Below, piece by piece: positions 31,472-39,803 of a stretch of DNA of 64,000 nt. The translations under genes and the position numbers were made by a program. The stretch is taken from contig MFZK01000003.1 in the NCBI GenBank assembly GCA_001789395.1, positions 48,390 through 112,389 of the forward strand, given 5' to 3'. The DNA comes from Candidatus Roizmanbacteria bacterium RIFCSPHIGHO2_02_FULL_37_13b. Lineage in GTDB: Bacteria > Patescibacteriota > Microgenomatia > UBA1406 > HO2-37-13b. Position 1 is the stretch's first letter, and every line of letters begins with the position of its first letter. Under the pieces are notes generated by a model that searched no databases, was not told the origin of the DNA, and saw only the letters and a program-made list of their open reading frames with translations.

Positions 31472-33258
31472 GAGTTGCCGATTATATTATTGATTTCATC
31501 TATAAGAAAGGCGCTTCGTACATTTTCACCCTGGCCGGTGGAGGAGCAATGTTTTTAAATGACGCTGTCTACTGTCATAAAAAAATCAAATATATCTGCA
31601 ATCACCATGAGCAGGCATCAGCTTTTGCCGCCGAGGCATATGCAAAAACAAATAATAAAATTGGGGCTGTCATGGTCACTTCAGGTCCCGGGAGCACCAA
31701 CGCCATTACCGGCCTTTTGGAAGCTTGGCAAAATTCGATTCCTTGCATATTTATATCCAGTCAGGCTAAACGTCAGCAGATGGTATACTTTTCTACCGTC
31801 AAAAACATCAGACAACTGGGGGTACAGGAACTTAATATTATCCCCATCGTCAAACCACTTACTAAATATGCGGCTGAGGTTGAGACTGTTGAAAGCATCC
31901 GATTTCATCTGGAAAAAGCCTTTTTTTTAGCTAAATCCGGCCGACCCGGACCTGTCTGGCTTGATATCCCACCTGATATTGCAACTGCGAAAGTCAAAGC
32001 TAATGAGCTAATCGGATTTAATAACAAAAAAACTTCGAACAAACCTTTAGCATCGTCTCATGATTTTGCTTCTGTATTAAACATGTTAAAAAAGTCACAA
32101 AAACCACTGATTATTGCAGGTGGTGGTATTCGACTTTCTGACTCAGTAGCGGAATTTAGAGAATTATTGCATTCGCTTAACGTCCCTGTCGTTGTCCCGG
32201 ATATGGGATTGGATTTACTTGAGTTTACTCACCCGTGTTATATCGGCACGGGTGGTACCAAAGGCCAGCGTGCTGCTAATATCGCGATGCAAAATGCGGA
32301 TTTGATCCTTGTGATTGGAAGCCGTCTGGCTATCCCATTTACCGGACATGAATATGACCGTTTTGCTCCTAATGCAAAAAAAATAGTAATTGACATTGAC
32401 AAAATTGAACACAAGAAAAAAACAATAAAAATTGACTTTTTTATTCATTCTGATGCCAAATATTTCATCGCCAATCTCAACAAAAAAGTAAAGAATATAA
32501 AATTCAAATTCAGGGATAATTGGCTAAAAAAATGTATTGCTTTAAAAAATAAATATACAGATCTTTTTCCAACATGGCAAAGTGAAAAAAATAAAATCAA
32601 TATGTATGAAGCGTTTAGCAAGATATCTGATTTTTCCAGTCAAGGTGATATCTTTACTTTTGATGCCGGTGTTACAGCATATGTCGCTACACAAACATTA
32701 AAAATTAAAAAAGATCAACGAGCGATAATACCGGGAGCAACATTAACCATGGGTTATAATCTACCGGCAATTATTGGCATTTGGGCAGCTACCCCAAAAT
32801 CAAACATTATTTGCATTACGGGTGATGGATCATTTCAGATGAATATCCATGAATTACAAACAATAGTACATCATAAAATTCCGGCAAAAATTTTTATTAT
32901 CAACAATCAAGGATATTTAGCAATCCGTACGACACAAAAAAATTTCTTTTCTGGCCGGCTTATCGGTGAAGGCATTAAATCAGGAGTATCTTTTCCCGAT
33001 ACGGAAAAAATTGCCAAAGCCTATGATATTAAGTTTTTTAAAATTAACAAGAATCAAGAATTAAATACCATTATTCCAAAAGTACTCCGGTATAAAGGTA
33101 CTGCCATATGTGAAATTATCTGCCCGACATGGCAAGACATTCTGACTACTTCTTCAAAACAACTACCAGATGGACGGATGGTTTCTTTGCCACTCGACGA
33201 AATGTCTCCTTTTTTACCTGAAGATGAAATGACTGAAATAAAAAATAGTTTATCCTAG
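31468..33258 (+). CDS. ThDP-dependent acetolactate-synthase-like enzyme (second YerE-like paralog)
   Basis: HHEQAS, VTSGPGSTNA, GRPGPVWLDIP, GDGSFQMNIHEL..NN. Confidence 0.85.
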   Translation: MRVADYIIDFIYKKGASYIFTLAGGGAMFLNDAVYCHKKIKYICNHHEQASAFAAEAYAKTNNKIGAVMVTSGPGSTNAITGLLEAWQNSIPCIFISSQAKRQQMVYFSTVKNIRQLGVQELNIIPIVKPLTKYAAEVETVESIRFHLEKAFFLAKSGRPGPVWLDIPPDIATAKVKANELIGFNNKKTSNKPLASSHDFASVLNMLKKSQKPLIIAGGGIRLSDSVAEFRELLHSLNVPVVVPDMGLDLLEFTHPCYIGTGGTKGQRAANIAMQNADLILVIGSRLAIPFTGHEYDRFAPNAKKIVIDIDKIEHKKKTIKIDFFIHSDAKYFIANLNKKVKNIKFKFRDNWLKKCIALKNKYTDLFPTWQSEKNKINMYEAFSKISDFSSQGDIFTFDAGVTAYVATQTLKIKKDQRAIIPGATLTMGYNLPAIIGIWAATPKSNIICITGDGSFQMNIHELQTIVHHKIPAKIFIINNQGYLAIRTTQKNFFSGRLIGEGIKSGVSFPDTEKIAKAYDIKFFKINKNQELNTIIPKVLRYKGTAICEIICPTWQDILTTSSKQLPDGRMVSLPLDEMSPFLPEDEMTEIKNSLS

Positions 33259-34034
33259 GACCAGATCTTCCACGGAGCTCTGCTTGAAAACCAAAGCTTA
33301 TTAAGACTTTCCACTTCTTTGTAAGTATCCATACAAAACCAAAAACCATTGTGTTTGAAGAGTGATAATTGTCTTTCCTTAACTAATCTAGCCAATGCTA
33401 AATGTTCGGTTTCTCGTGGCCGAAAATAATTAAAAACGCGTTTATCAAATACCATAAATCCACCATTTACCCAATCTGAAAGAACCGGCTTCTCAACAAA
33501 ATTTATCACGGCATCATGGCTGTCGACTTGTGATGAACCATATCTTGATCTGGGATGAACCCCTGTAATCGTGCCGATTCTTTTATTTCTCTTATGGAAT
33601 TTCAATAGATTATCTATATCCAGATCAATAACTCCATCTCCATAAGTCACCATAAAATACTTATCTCTCTTTGGAATATATTTCTGACATAATAATATAC
33701 GCTCTCCGGGTAAGGTCTTAAGTCCGGTATCGACAAAGGTGATTCGAAAATCATCGATTTCCATACGATCTTCCAAAAAATATTTTGTCTTATAATTTCT
33801 TGTGTTTAAAGAAAAGTTTGAAGTCAATGCTTTTTGATTGAGAAAATAACTCTTGATGAAATCACCTTTATATCCCAAGGCTAAAATAAACTCGTTGAAA
33901 CCATAATATGCATATATTTTCATAATATGCCAAATGATGGGTTTTCCACCGATAAAAACCATCGGCTTCGGTTTAAATTCGGTTTCTTCTTTAAGTCGGG
34001 TTCCTTCACCGCCGCAAAGAATTATTGTTTTCAT
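33255..34034 (-). CDS. rfbF: Glucose-1-phosphate cytidylyltransferase
   Basis: ILCGGEGTRL.EET..KPKPM, LGYKG, VDTG, TYGDG, GFWFCMDT. Confidence 0.92.
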   Translation of the reverse strand: MKTIILCGGEGTRLKEETEFKPKPMVFIGGKPIIWHIMKIYAYYGFNEFILALGYKGDFIKSYFLNQKALTSNFSLNTRNYKTKYFLEDRMEIDDFRITFVDTGLKTLPGERILLCQKYIPKRDKYFMVTYGDGVIDLDIDNLLKFHKRNKRIGTITGVHPRSRYGSSQVDSHDAVINFVEKPVLSDWVNGGFMVFDKRVFNYFRPRETEHLALARLVKERQLSLFKHNGFWFCMDTYKEVESLNKLWFSSRAPWKIWS

Positions 34035-34084
34035 ATAAGTAATATCTTAAAGTATTATAATTAACTTATCAAAAAAAGCAATTT

Positions 34085-34960
34085 ATGAGTAATAAAACCA
34101 AAGCATTACTTGTATTATTTTTTGGAATAATTATCGGTGCGCCGTCGCCTGCATTGACTAAAATAGGTTTAAAAGAAATTCCTCCGTATACATTCACCTT
34201 TATCAGATTTATTATTTCATCTATTTTTATTATTCCATTTTTCTTAAAACAAAGAATTGTCTTAAATAAATCCTTAATAAAATTATTGTTATTTTCATTT
34301 TTACCGATCATAAATATTATTTTTTATGTTCAGGGTATAAAAATAACAACCGCCAATAGTACGATGCTAATTCAATCTGTCATACCAATCATTACGGCGA
34401 TTTTTTCATTCATTGTCATTAAGGAAAAAATTAGCAATATTAAATGGCTGGCAATATCTTTTGGTCTTCTTGGTACCTGGTATACAATCCTCCTGCCTGC
34501 GATCGAGACAAATTCCATCTCCGGTAACATGTACGGAAATATATTAATTCTCTTGGGAGCAATTGTCTATTGTCTTTATATGGTTTTGTTAAAAAAGGCA
34601 CAACGAACACATTCAATGATAACAATTGTTTCAATGATGATTTTTGCAGGTCTGTTAGTATTTTCTTTATTATCTTTAACTGAAAAATTTGATTATTCAT
34701 TAATGATGAACAACGTATCAAATCTGGCAAAATTATCATTATTTTACCTTGCATTGACCATAACTATTGGCAGTTATCTACTATCCCAGTATCGGATAAA
34801 ATTAGCAGGCCCTGTTGCAGCTTCATTGGATTTCTATTTGGGACCTCCGGTTGGATATTTATTTTCATATATCTTACTTGGTGAGATTTTAACTCCAGGC
34901 CTTTTAATTGGTACAATCCTTGTATTAACCAGCGTTGTTTTTGTTACATATAGTAAATGA
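34085..34960 (+). CDS. EamA/DMT family transporter
   Basis: About 10 TMs in two EamA repeats (EIPP..F..IRF; KEKIS; LGE). Confidence 0.85.
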   Translation: MSNKTKALLVLFFGIIIGAPSPALTKIGLKEIPPYTFTFIRFIISSIFIIPFFLKQRIVLNKSLIKLLLFSFLPIINIIFYVQGIKITTANSTMLIQSVIPIITAIFSFIVIKEKISNIKWLAISFGLLGTWYTILLPAIETNSISGNMYGNILILLGAIVYCLYMVLLKKAQRTHSMITIVSMMIFAGLLVFSLLSLTEKFDYSLMMNNVSNLAKLSLFYLALTITIGSYLLSQYRIKLAGPVAASLDFYLGPPVGYLFSYILLGEILTPGLLIGTILVLTSVVFVTYSK

Positions 34961-34966
34961 CTAACT

Positions 34967-35833
34967 ATGTTTAATCCATCATCTATCGCGATCGCTCTGA
35001 TTACGTATTACCCAAAGTGGTATCGCGGAAAACTTCGCAGCCTTGGGGCTACCGATAAAATACGCGGTGATTTAGCATTGAGGACGGTTGAACAAGGCGT
35101 CAAAAAAGGTTATCAAATAATAATTGTTGATGGTACCAGTTCCAGGAGTTTCAAGACAGATCTCCGACGTTTCTCATCAGTTCATTTGATCAAAAGACGC
35201 ATCAATAAAGCTTCTCCAGCCAAGAGACAAGCGATAAAGCGAGCAGCCAGTATAGATGGAGTGAAAGCAATTGTTTTAATGGAACCGGAAAAAACTGATT
35301 TGATAGAGAATCATATCGAAATGATAGTCAAACCAATATTGAAAAATTATGCCGACATTGTTATACCGTGTAGAAATGATGACTTTTTTCGAAAAACTTA
35401 TCCTGACTATATGTATAAGTCAGAAGTCGAAGGAAACTTTATGTATAACCAAATATTAAAGTCGACCAATTTTCTTCAAAAAAAAGCGAGTGATTTTGAT
35501 TTTTTCTTTGGTCCCCGGGCATTTAAAAATGAAAGGGGAGTGGTAAAGCTATTTCTAAAAAAGGCAAAATTAAAAATTAATAATGAGATTATAAATAAAT
35601 TAATCATTGATCCGGAAATATATTCTAATAGCCTGTATTACTCGGTAATTCAAGCTCTGAAGAAGAAATTAAAGGTACTCAGCATAGAAATTCCATTTAA
35701 ATATCCAACCATTCAAAAAGAAAATGAAGAAAAAGGAGACCGAGATTTTTTTATGGAAAAACGTAATAATCAACAACTTCGACTGATAGTGGAACTTCTG
35801 TGTTTTATGAATCGAGAGTATAAACAAGTTTGA
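34967..35833 (+). CDS. GT-A fold glycosyltransferase-like protein
   Basis: IIIVDG, IVLMEPEK in the DxD position, ADIVIP.R; divergent. Confidence 0.5.
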   Translation: MFNPSSIAIALITYYPKWYRGKLRSLGATDKIRGDLALRTVEQGVKKGYQIIIVDGTSSRSFKTDLRRFSSVHLIKRRINKASPAKRQAIKRAASIDGVKAIVLMEPEKTDLIENHIEMIVKPILKNYADIVIPCRNDDFFRKTYPDYMYKSEVEGNFMYNQILKSTNFLQKKASDFDFFFGPRAFKNERGVVKLFLKKAKLKINNEIINKLIIDPEIYSNSLYYSVIQALKKKLKVLSIEIPFKYPTIQKENEEKGDRDFFMEKRNNQQLRLIVELLCFMNREYKQV

Positions 35834-35863
35834 CTTTTTCAGATATTTTCCAAACGCTATATA

Positions 35864-36292
35864 TCACTTTATATTTTCTGCTTCCTGAACCATTTCATAA
35901 GTTAAATAAAGCGTCTTCATTTTTTTTATTTCCTGTATTGTTAGCCATTTATATTCGGATGATTCATGATTGAGCACAATATTTTGTCTATCAAATTTCA
36001 TTCTGCATAAAAAACATAGGAAGACTCCATGCCACTTGTTGTTTCTCACCTGATGATGAACTTTAGGAATTAATGATGCAATCTCGACATCTATTCCAAG
36101 CTCTTCAAGAAGCTCTCTAACCAAAGCTTGCTCAACACTTTCTCCAAATTCCAATTCTCCACCGGGTAGCTGCCAAAGACCGTTGTAAGGGGATTTGGAT
36201 GATTTCTTATCGCGCCTTTTAGTCAGTAAATATTTATCATTCTTTCTAATTATCCCCAAAACTACGATTTTTATTCGTCCTTTATTTATCAT
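35864..36292 (-). CDS. NUDIX hydrolase
   Basis: Nudix box PGGELEFGESVEQALVRELLEELG. Confidence 0.92.
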   Translation of the reverse strand: MINKGRIKIVVLGIIRKNDKYLLTKRRDKKSSKSPYNGLWQLPGGELEFGESVEQALVRELLEELGIDVEIASLIPKVHHQVRNNKWHGVFLCFLCRMKFDRQNIVLNHESSEYKWLTIQEIKKMKTLYLTYEMVQEAENIK

Positions 36293-36363
36293 AAATAAAG
36301 CTTAATTATAACATTTTAAACTTCATGCATTTTGATTTTTTCGCAACAGTATGCTATTCTTAA

Positions 36364-37128
36364 TTGCATATGGAAAATAAACATTATGATCTAAAACCTA
36401 TTTTAACCTATTTGACGATCATAATAATTTCGCTCATCGCCTTACAATTAATTAAATCTCTCGATATATCATATCCGATTACGATCACAACAACGACTAA
36501 ATCTTCCGAGCTTGCAGTTGTAGGAGAAGGCAAGCTTGATATCGTACCGGATATCGCCTATGTAGATGCCGGAATAACCGTCAACGCAGCCGATTCGGTT
36601 CAAATTGCCAAAGATACAATTAATTCCACTAATAATAAAATAGTAGAATCATTGAAAAATTTAGGGATCAGAAAAGAAGATATTAAAACTTCAAATTATT
36701 CTATTTATCCTGATTACTCTTATGATAATAATGTTAATAAAATTAGAGGTTATACGGGAAATGCTACTGTATCTATTACTGTTCGTGATATAAATCAAGT
36801 ACCTCAAGTTATTGAAAAAGCGACTCAAGCAGGAGCAAATCAGGTAAATGGAGCCAGATTCAGCATTGAAAAGCCTGAAAATTACCGAGAAAAAGTTCGT
36901 GATATGGCAATTACCAATGCAAAAGAACAAGCTTTAAAATTAGCTAAAAATTTAGGCATTCGATTAGGTCGAATCACCAATATTGTTGAATCATCACCTG
37001 ATAACACTTATATGCCTTACGCAATGAAATCACTTCCCATGGGTGGAGGTGGTGGAGGACCAGCTGAAATGGAACCGGGTACTCAAACAGTGACATCAAC
37101 CGTGACTCTTTATTTTGAAAAGAAATAA
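36364..37128 (+). CDS. SIMPL (DUF541/YggE) domain protein
   Basis: N-terminal TM, V.GEG...VPD.A, DIKTSNYSIYP.Y, AGANQV, A..LA..LG..LG. Confidence 0.88.
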   Translation: MHMENKHYDLKPILTYLTIIIISLIALQLIKSLDISYPITITTTTKSSELAVVGEGKLDIVPDIAYVDAGITVNAADSVQIAKDTINSTNNKIVESLKNLGIRKEDIKTSNYSIYPDYSYDNNVNKIRGYTGNATVSITVRDINQVPQVIEKATQAGANQVNGARFSIEKPENYREKVRDMAITNAKEQALKLAKNLGIRLGRITNIVESSPDNTYMPYAMKSLPMGGGGGGPAEMEPGTQTVTSTVTLYFEKK

Positions 37129-38145
37129 TTAGACTAATTTATTTTCCTCAGGATTCATCAATAATTCAGCGATTGCTTTTGAGAGAGGTTGTTTTGTCAG
37201 ATTTTCGATCCATAAATATTGACCATTGGGATTCAATTCAAAAAAAACGTACTTTCCCTCAGGCGTTACAGCCATATCGATGGTACCAAATTGCAGGTGG
37301 TAATGACGTAGTAAATCCAAACAACCTTTCTCAATTTCTATGGGCAATATGTAAACTGAATGTTTTATATTCTCCGGTATTTCTCTTCTCCAATCTGTCT
37401 TACCAAGCTTAGTTGATTGTGAATCAAGTGCTGTTGCAAAAACTTTTTTCCCGATTATAGTTATCCGTAATTCAATTTTCTTCTCAATCTCTTCTTGTAA
37501 AAAAAGCGGATAATCAATAGGCTTTAATTTATGATAGTTAACAAATTTGTTTTTTGTGATCGGTATTGTAAAAAATAAACGTGAATATTTTCCATATCTA
37601 ATCTGAGACGTTACGATATTTTTTATAACCGCTTTACCATCGTGATTGCTAATAAATGATAATAAACTATCATAGTCAGCCGAAATTAATGTCTCCGGTA
37701 TTGAAAATCCAAGTTTATTTGCTGTATTTAGTTGATCAAGCTTATTTGAAGATAGCATTAATAAATCAATACTGTTAATGATAAAAATGCCTTTTTTTTG
37801 CGCCTCATTCATAATTCCTCTTGAAAACATTGCAATAATTTCGTTTCTTTTGTACATTATCGACATCATCTTATCAGGATCATGATCGTGTTGGTCTTCA
37901 CTTTCTAACCAAAGATGAGGTTTTCTAAACCATAGGCCTGAAAAATCATTTAAAGTATATTTTTTTACTCGTAAGACAAAGGTTAAAGGCTCATTTTCTT
38001 TGGGATTATATTCCACATACTGATTTTTTCCAAACATATTTGCATACAATGCAATTGAATTTTTTCCATTTTTATTAAGAATCTCGAGAACTCGATCTAT
38101 ATGAGGATCTGGATATGATGTAAGTATAAGAATGGATTTTTTCAT
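37129..38145 (-). CDS. ATP-grasp peptide maturase (MvdC/MvdD-like graspetide synthetase)
   Basis: DPH, WFRKP, NKLDQL..A..LGF.IPETLIS, FLQEEIEK..ELRITIIG, DSQ.....DWRR, FGTIDM..TPEG.YVFFELNPNGQYLWIE. Start moved to MKKSIL. Confidence 0.88.
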   Translation of the reverse strand: MKKSILILTSYPDPHIDRVLEILNKNGKNSIALYANMFGKNQYVEYNPKENEPLTFVLRVKKYTLNDFSGLWFRKPHLWLESEDQHDHDPDKMMSIMYKRNEIIAMFSRGIMNEAQKKGIFIINSIDLLMLSSNKLDQLNTANKLGFSIPETLISADYDSLLSFISNHDGKAVIKNIVTSQIRYGKYSRLFFTIPITKNKFVNYHKLKPIDYPLFLQEEIEKKIELRITIIGKKVFATALDSQSTKLGKTDWRREIPENIKHSVYILPIEIEKGCLDLLRHYHLQFGTIDMAVTPEGKYVFFELNPNGQYLWIENLTKQPLSKAIAELLMNPEENKLV

Positions 38146-38183
38146 TAAGTCATTATTTAGAAAATAACAGGTGTTAAAAAAAA

Positions 38184-38588
38184 TCAAGGATCCCATGCGA
38201 CATCTTGACCTCCATCATCATGAGTTTCATCACCACCGTTATTATGTGTGTGGATTATTGTATCTGGTTTCGGTTTATAAGTCCAATCACCGTTTTCTGC
38301 TGTGTTTGAATATACAACTTTGTCTGCGTTTTGAAATATGATAGGCGCTACACTCATCGTAGTCGCTGAAGTTGGTTCTAATAGTTTGGCTGAAGCCGCC
38401 GAATCGGTAGTTGTATAAGGCGCAACAAAAGACGGATTACAATCAGATCGCACTGAATCAGTGCCTATCAATGGCGCTGAATCAATTACCATTCCATCGA
38501 CTAAAAGTAGCGATTCACCACCTACCCGTGTGGCTTGCCCAGCGACTCGTGGAGGAGTTTTTGTCTCAATCTCGACTGGTGGTGTCAT
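38184..38588 (-). CDS. Putative graspetide (ATP-grasp-modified RiPP) precursor
   Basis: Directly upstream of and co-oriented with the ATP-grasp ligase; APIIF leader-like motif followed by a Thr/Lys-donor, Asp/Glu-acceptor-rich C-terminus (TYKPKPDTIIHTHNNGGDETHDDGGQD). Confidence 0.65.
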   Translation of the reverse strand: MTPPVEIETKTPPRVAGQATRVGGESLLLVDGMVIDSAPLIGTDSVRSDCNPSFVAPYTTTDSAASAKLLEPTSATTMSVAPIIFQNADKVVYSNTAENGDWTYKPKPDTIIHTHNNGGDETHDDGGQDVAWDP

Positions 38589-38656
38589 ATTTAGCCTATT
38601 GTAATACTCTTAATATCTCTTGTCAATTCTTCCTATTCTATTATATGATATCGATA

Positions 38657-39625
38657 ATGAAAAAAATAATCATTATCACCGGACAAACTGCTACCGGAAA
38701 AACCTCTCTTGCGTTACAACTGGCAAAAGAAAAAAATGGTGAGCTAGTCAATTTTGACTCCAGACAAATGTATAAATATCTCACTATTATTACGGGAAAA
38801 GACATCAAGAAAAATTCGAAATTCAAAAGTCAAAAGTCAAAATTACAGCTTGAAAGTAAAAATTCATACGATATTGGATATTATAAAATTAACGGTATAA
38901 ATGTTTGGCTGTATGATGCGGTCGATCCAAAGCAAAATTTTTCGTCCTTTGATTTCAAAGAGTTGGCAGAAGTCGTCATTGAGGATATTCAAAAAAGAAA
39001 CAAAATTCCAATTCTCATCGGTGGAACTTATTTATATTTAAAACATTTGCTGTATGGTTTTGAAACTGAAAATATTCCACCCAATTGGCCATTAAGAAAA
39101 AAATTAAATAAAAAATCCCTCAAAGAATTGCAGAAACTGCTTAAGTCAATAAATTACCAAATGTTTCAACATTTAAATAATTCTGACAAAAACAATCCTC
39201 AAAGATTAATAAGAAAAATCGAAATCGCAACCAACCTAAATTTACCAGCAGTGCAAAAAAAATCACTTAAACCGAAGGTTCAGCCACTAACTAACCCCAC
39301 GGGTTATGTAGCTTTGAATCTTCGGATATATACCGGACTCAGATTTGCCAGCAATGACAAATTAAAGGTGGTCATTAAAAAGAGAGTATTAAAAAGATTG
39401 CAGCTTGGTGCCATCGATGAGGTTAAATCACTTCTAGATAAGGGATATAAAAAAACTGATCCCGGAATGAAAACCATCGGCTATCAACAAATTATCGAAT
39501 ATTTAGAAAAAAAAATCAGTAAGGAGAACGCGGTTAAAAAATGGATCACAGCTGAAATTCAATATGCAAAAAGACAATATACGTTTATGAAGAAAGATGA
39601 GAATATTGTTTGGAGATTGGTATAA
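38657..39625 (+). CDS. miaA: tRNA dimethylallyltransferase
   Basis: GQTATGKT P-loop, DSRQMY, IGGTYLY, N.QRLIRKIE, TIGY, YAKRQ.TF. Start moved to 38657. Confidence 0.92.
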   Translation: MKKIIIITGQTATGKTSLALQLAKEKNGELVNFDSRQMYKYLTIITGKDIKKNSKFKSQKSKLQLESKNSYDIGYYKINGINVWLYDAVDPKQNFSSFDFKELAEVVIEDIQKRNKIPILIGGTYLYLKHLLYGFETENIPPNWPLRKKLNKKSLKELQKLLKSINYQMFQHLNNSDKNNPQRLIRKIEIATNLNLPAVQKKSLKPKVQPLTNPTGYVALNLRIYTGLRFASNDKLKVVIKKRVLKRLQLGAIDEVKSLLDKGYKKTDPGMKTIGYQQIIEYLEKKISKENAVKKWITAEIQYAKRQYTFMKKDENIVWRLV

Positions 39626-39628
39626 ATT

Positions 39629-39748
39629 GAAGCTCCTAGGGCTAAAAGCCCTCGGATTCATTGAGACTTAAAGCTGAAATCCCACGGAGCGAAAGTCTCG
39701 ATTACCGCTTCAGCCGAGGGTTAATAACCCTTCGGTTTTCGTGGAGTG
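39629..39748. other. GC-rich structured intergenic element (hairpin-repeat family or ncRNA candidate)
   Basis: Complementary segments agggct/agccct, gagactt/aagtctc, ccctcgg/ccgaggg, ccgagggtta/taacccttcgg, ccacgga/ttcgtgg. Confidence 0.45.
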
Positions 39749-39758
39749 GGAATAAACT

Positions 39759-39800
39759 GTTACACGTTTCACGTAACGCGTTACACGTATCACATTACAC
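39759..39800. repeat. Degenerate 7-bp tandem repeat (6 units)
   Basis: gttacac gtttcac gtaacgc gttacac gtatcac attacac. Confidence 0.8.
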
Positions 39801-39803
39801 AAA

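Noticed and set aside
25744-33258. ThDP enzymes as branched-chain amino acid ilvB genes
   Set aside because: No small regulatory subunit or ilvC/ilvD nearby; both sit among nucleotide-sugar genes.
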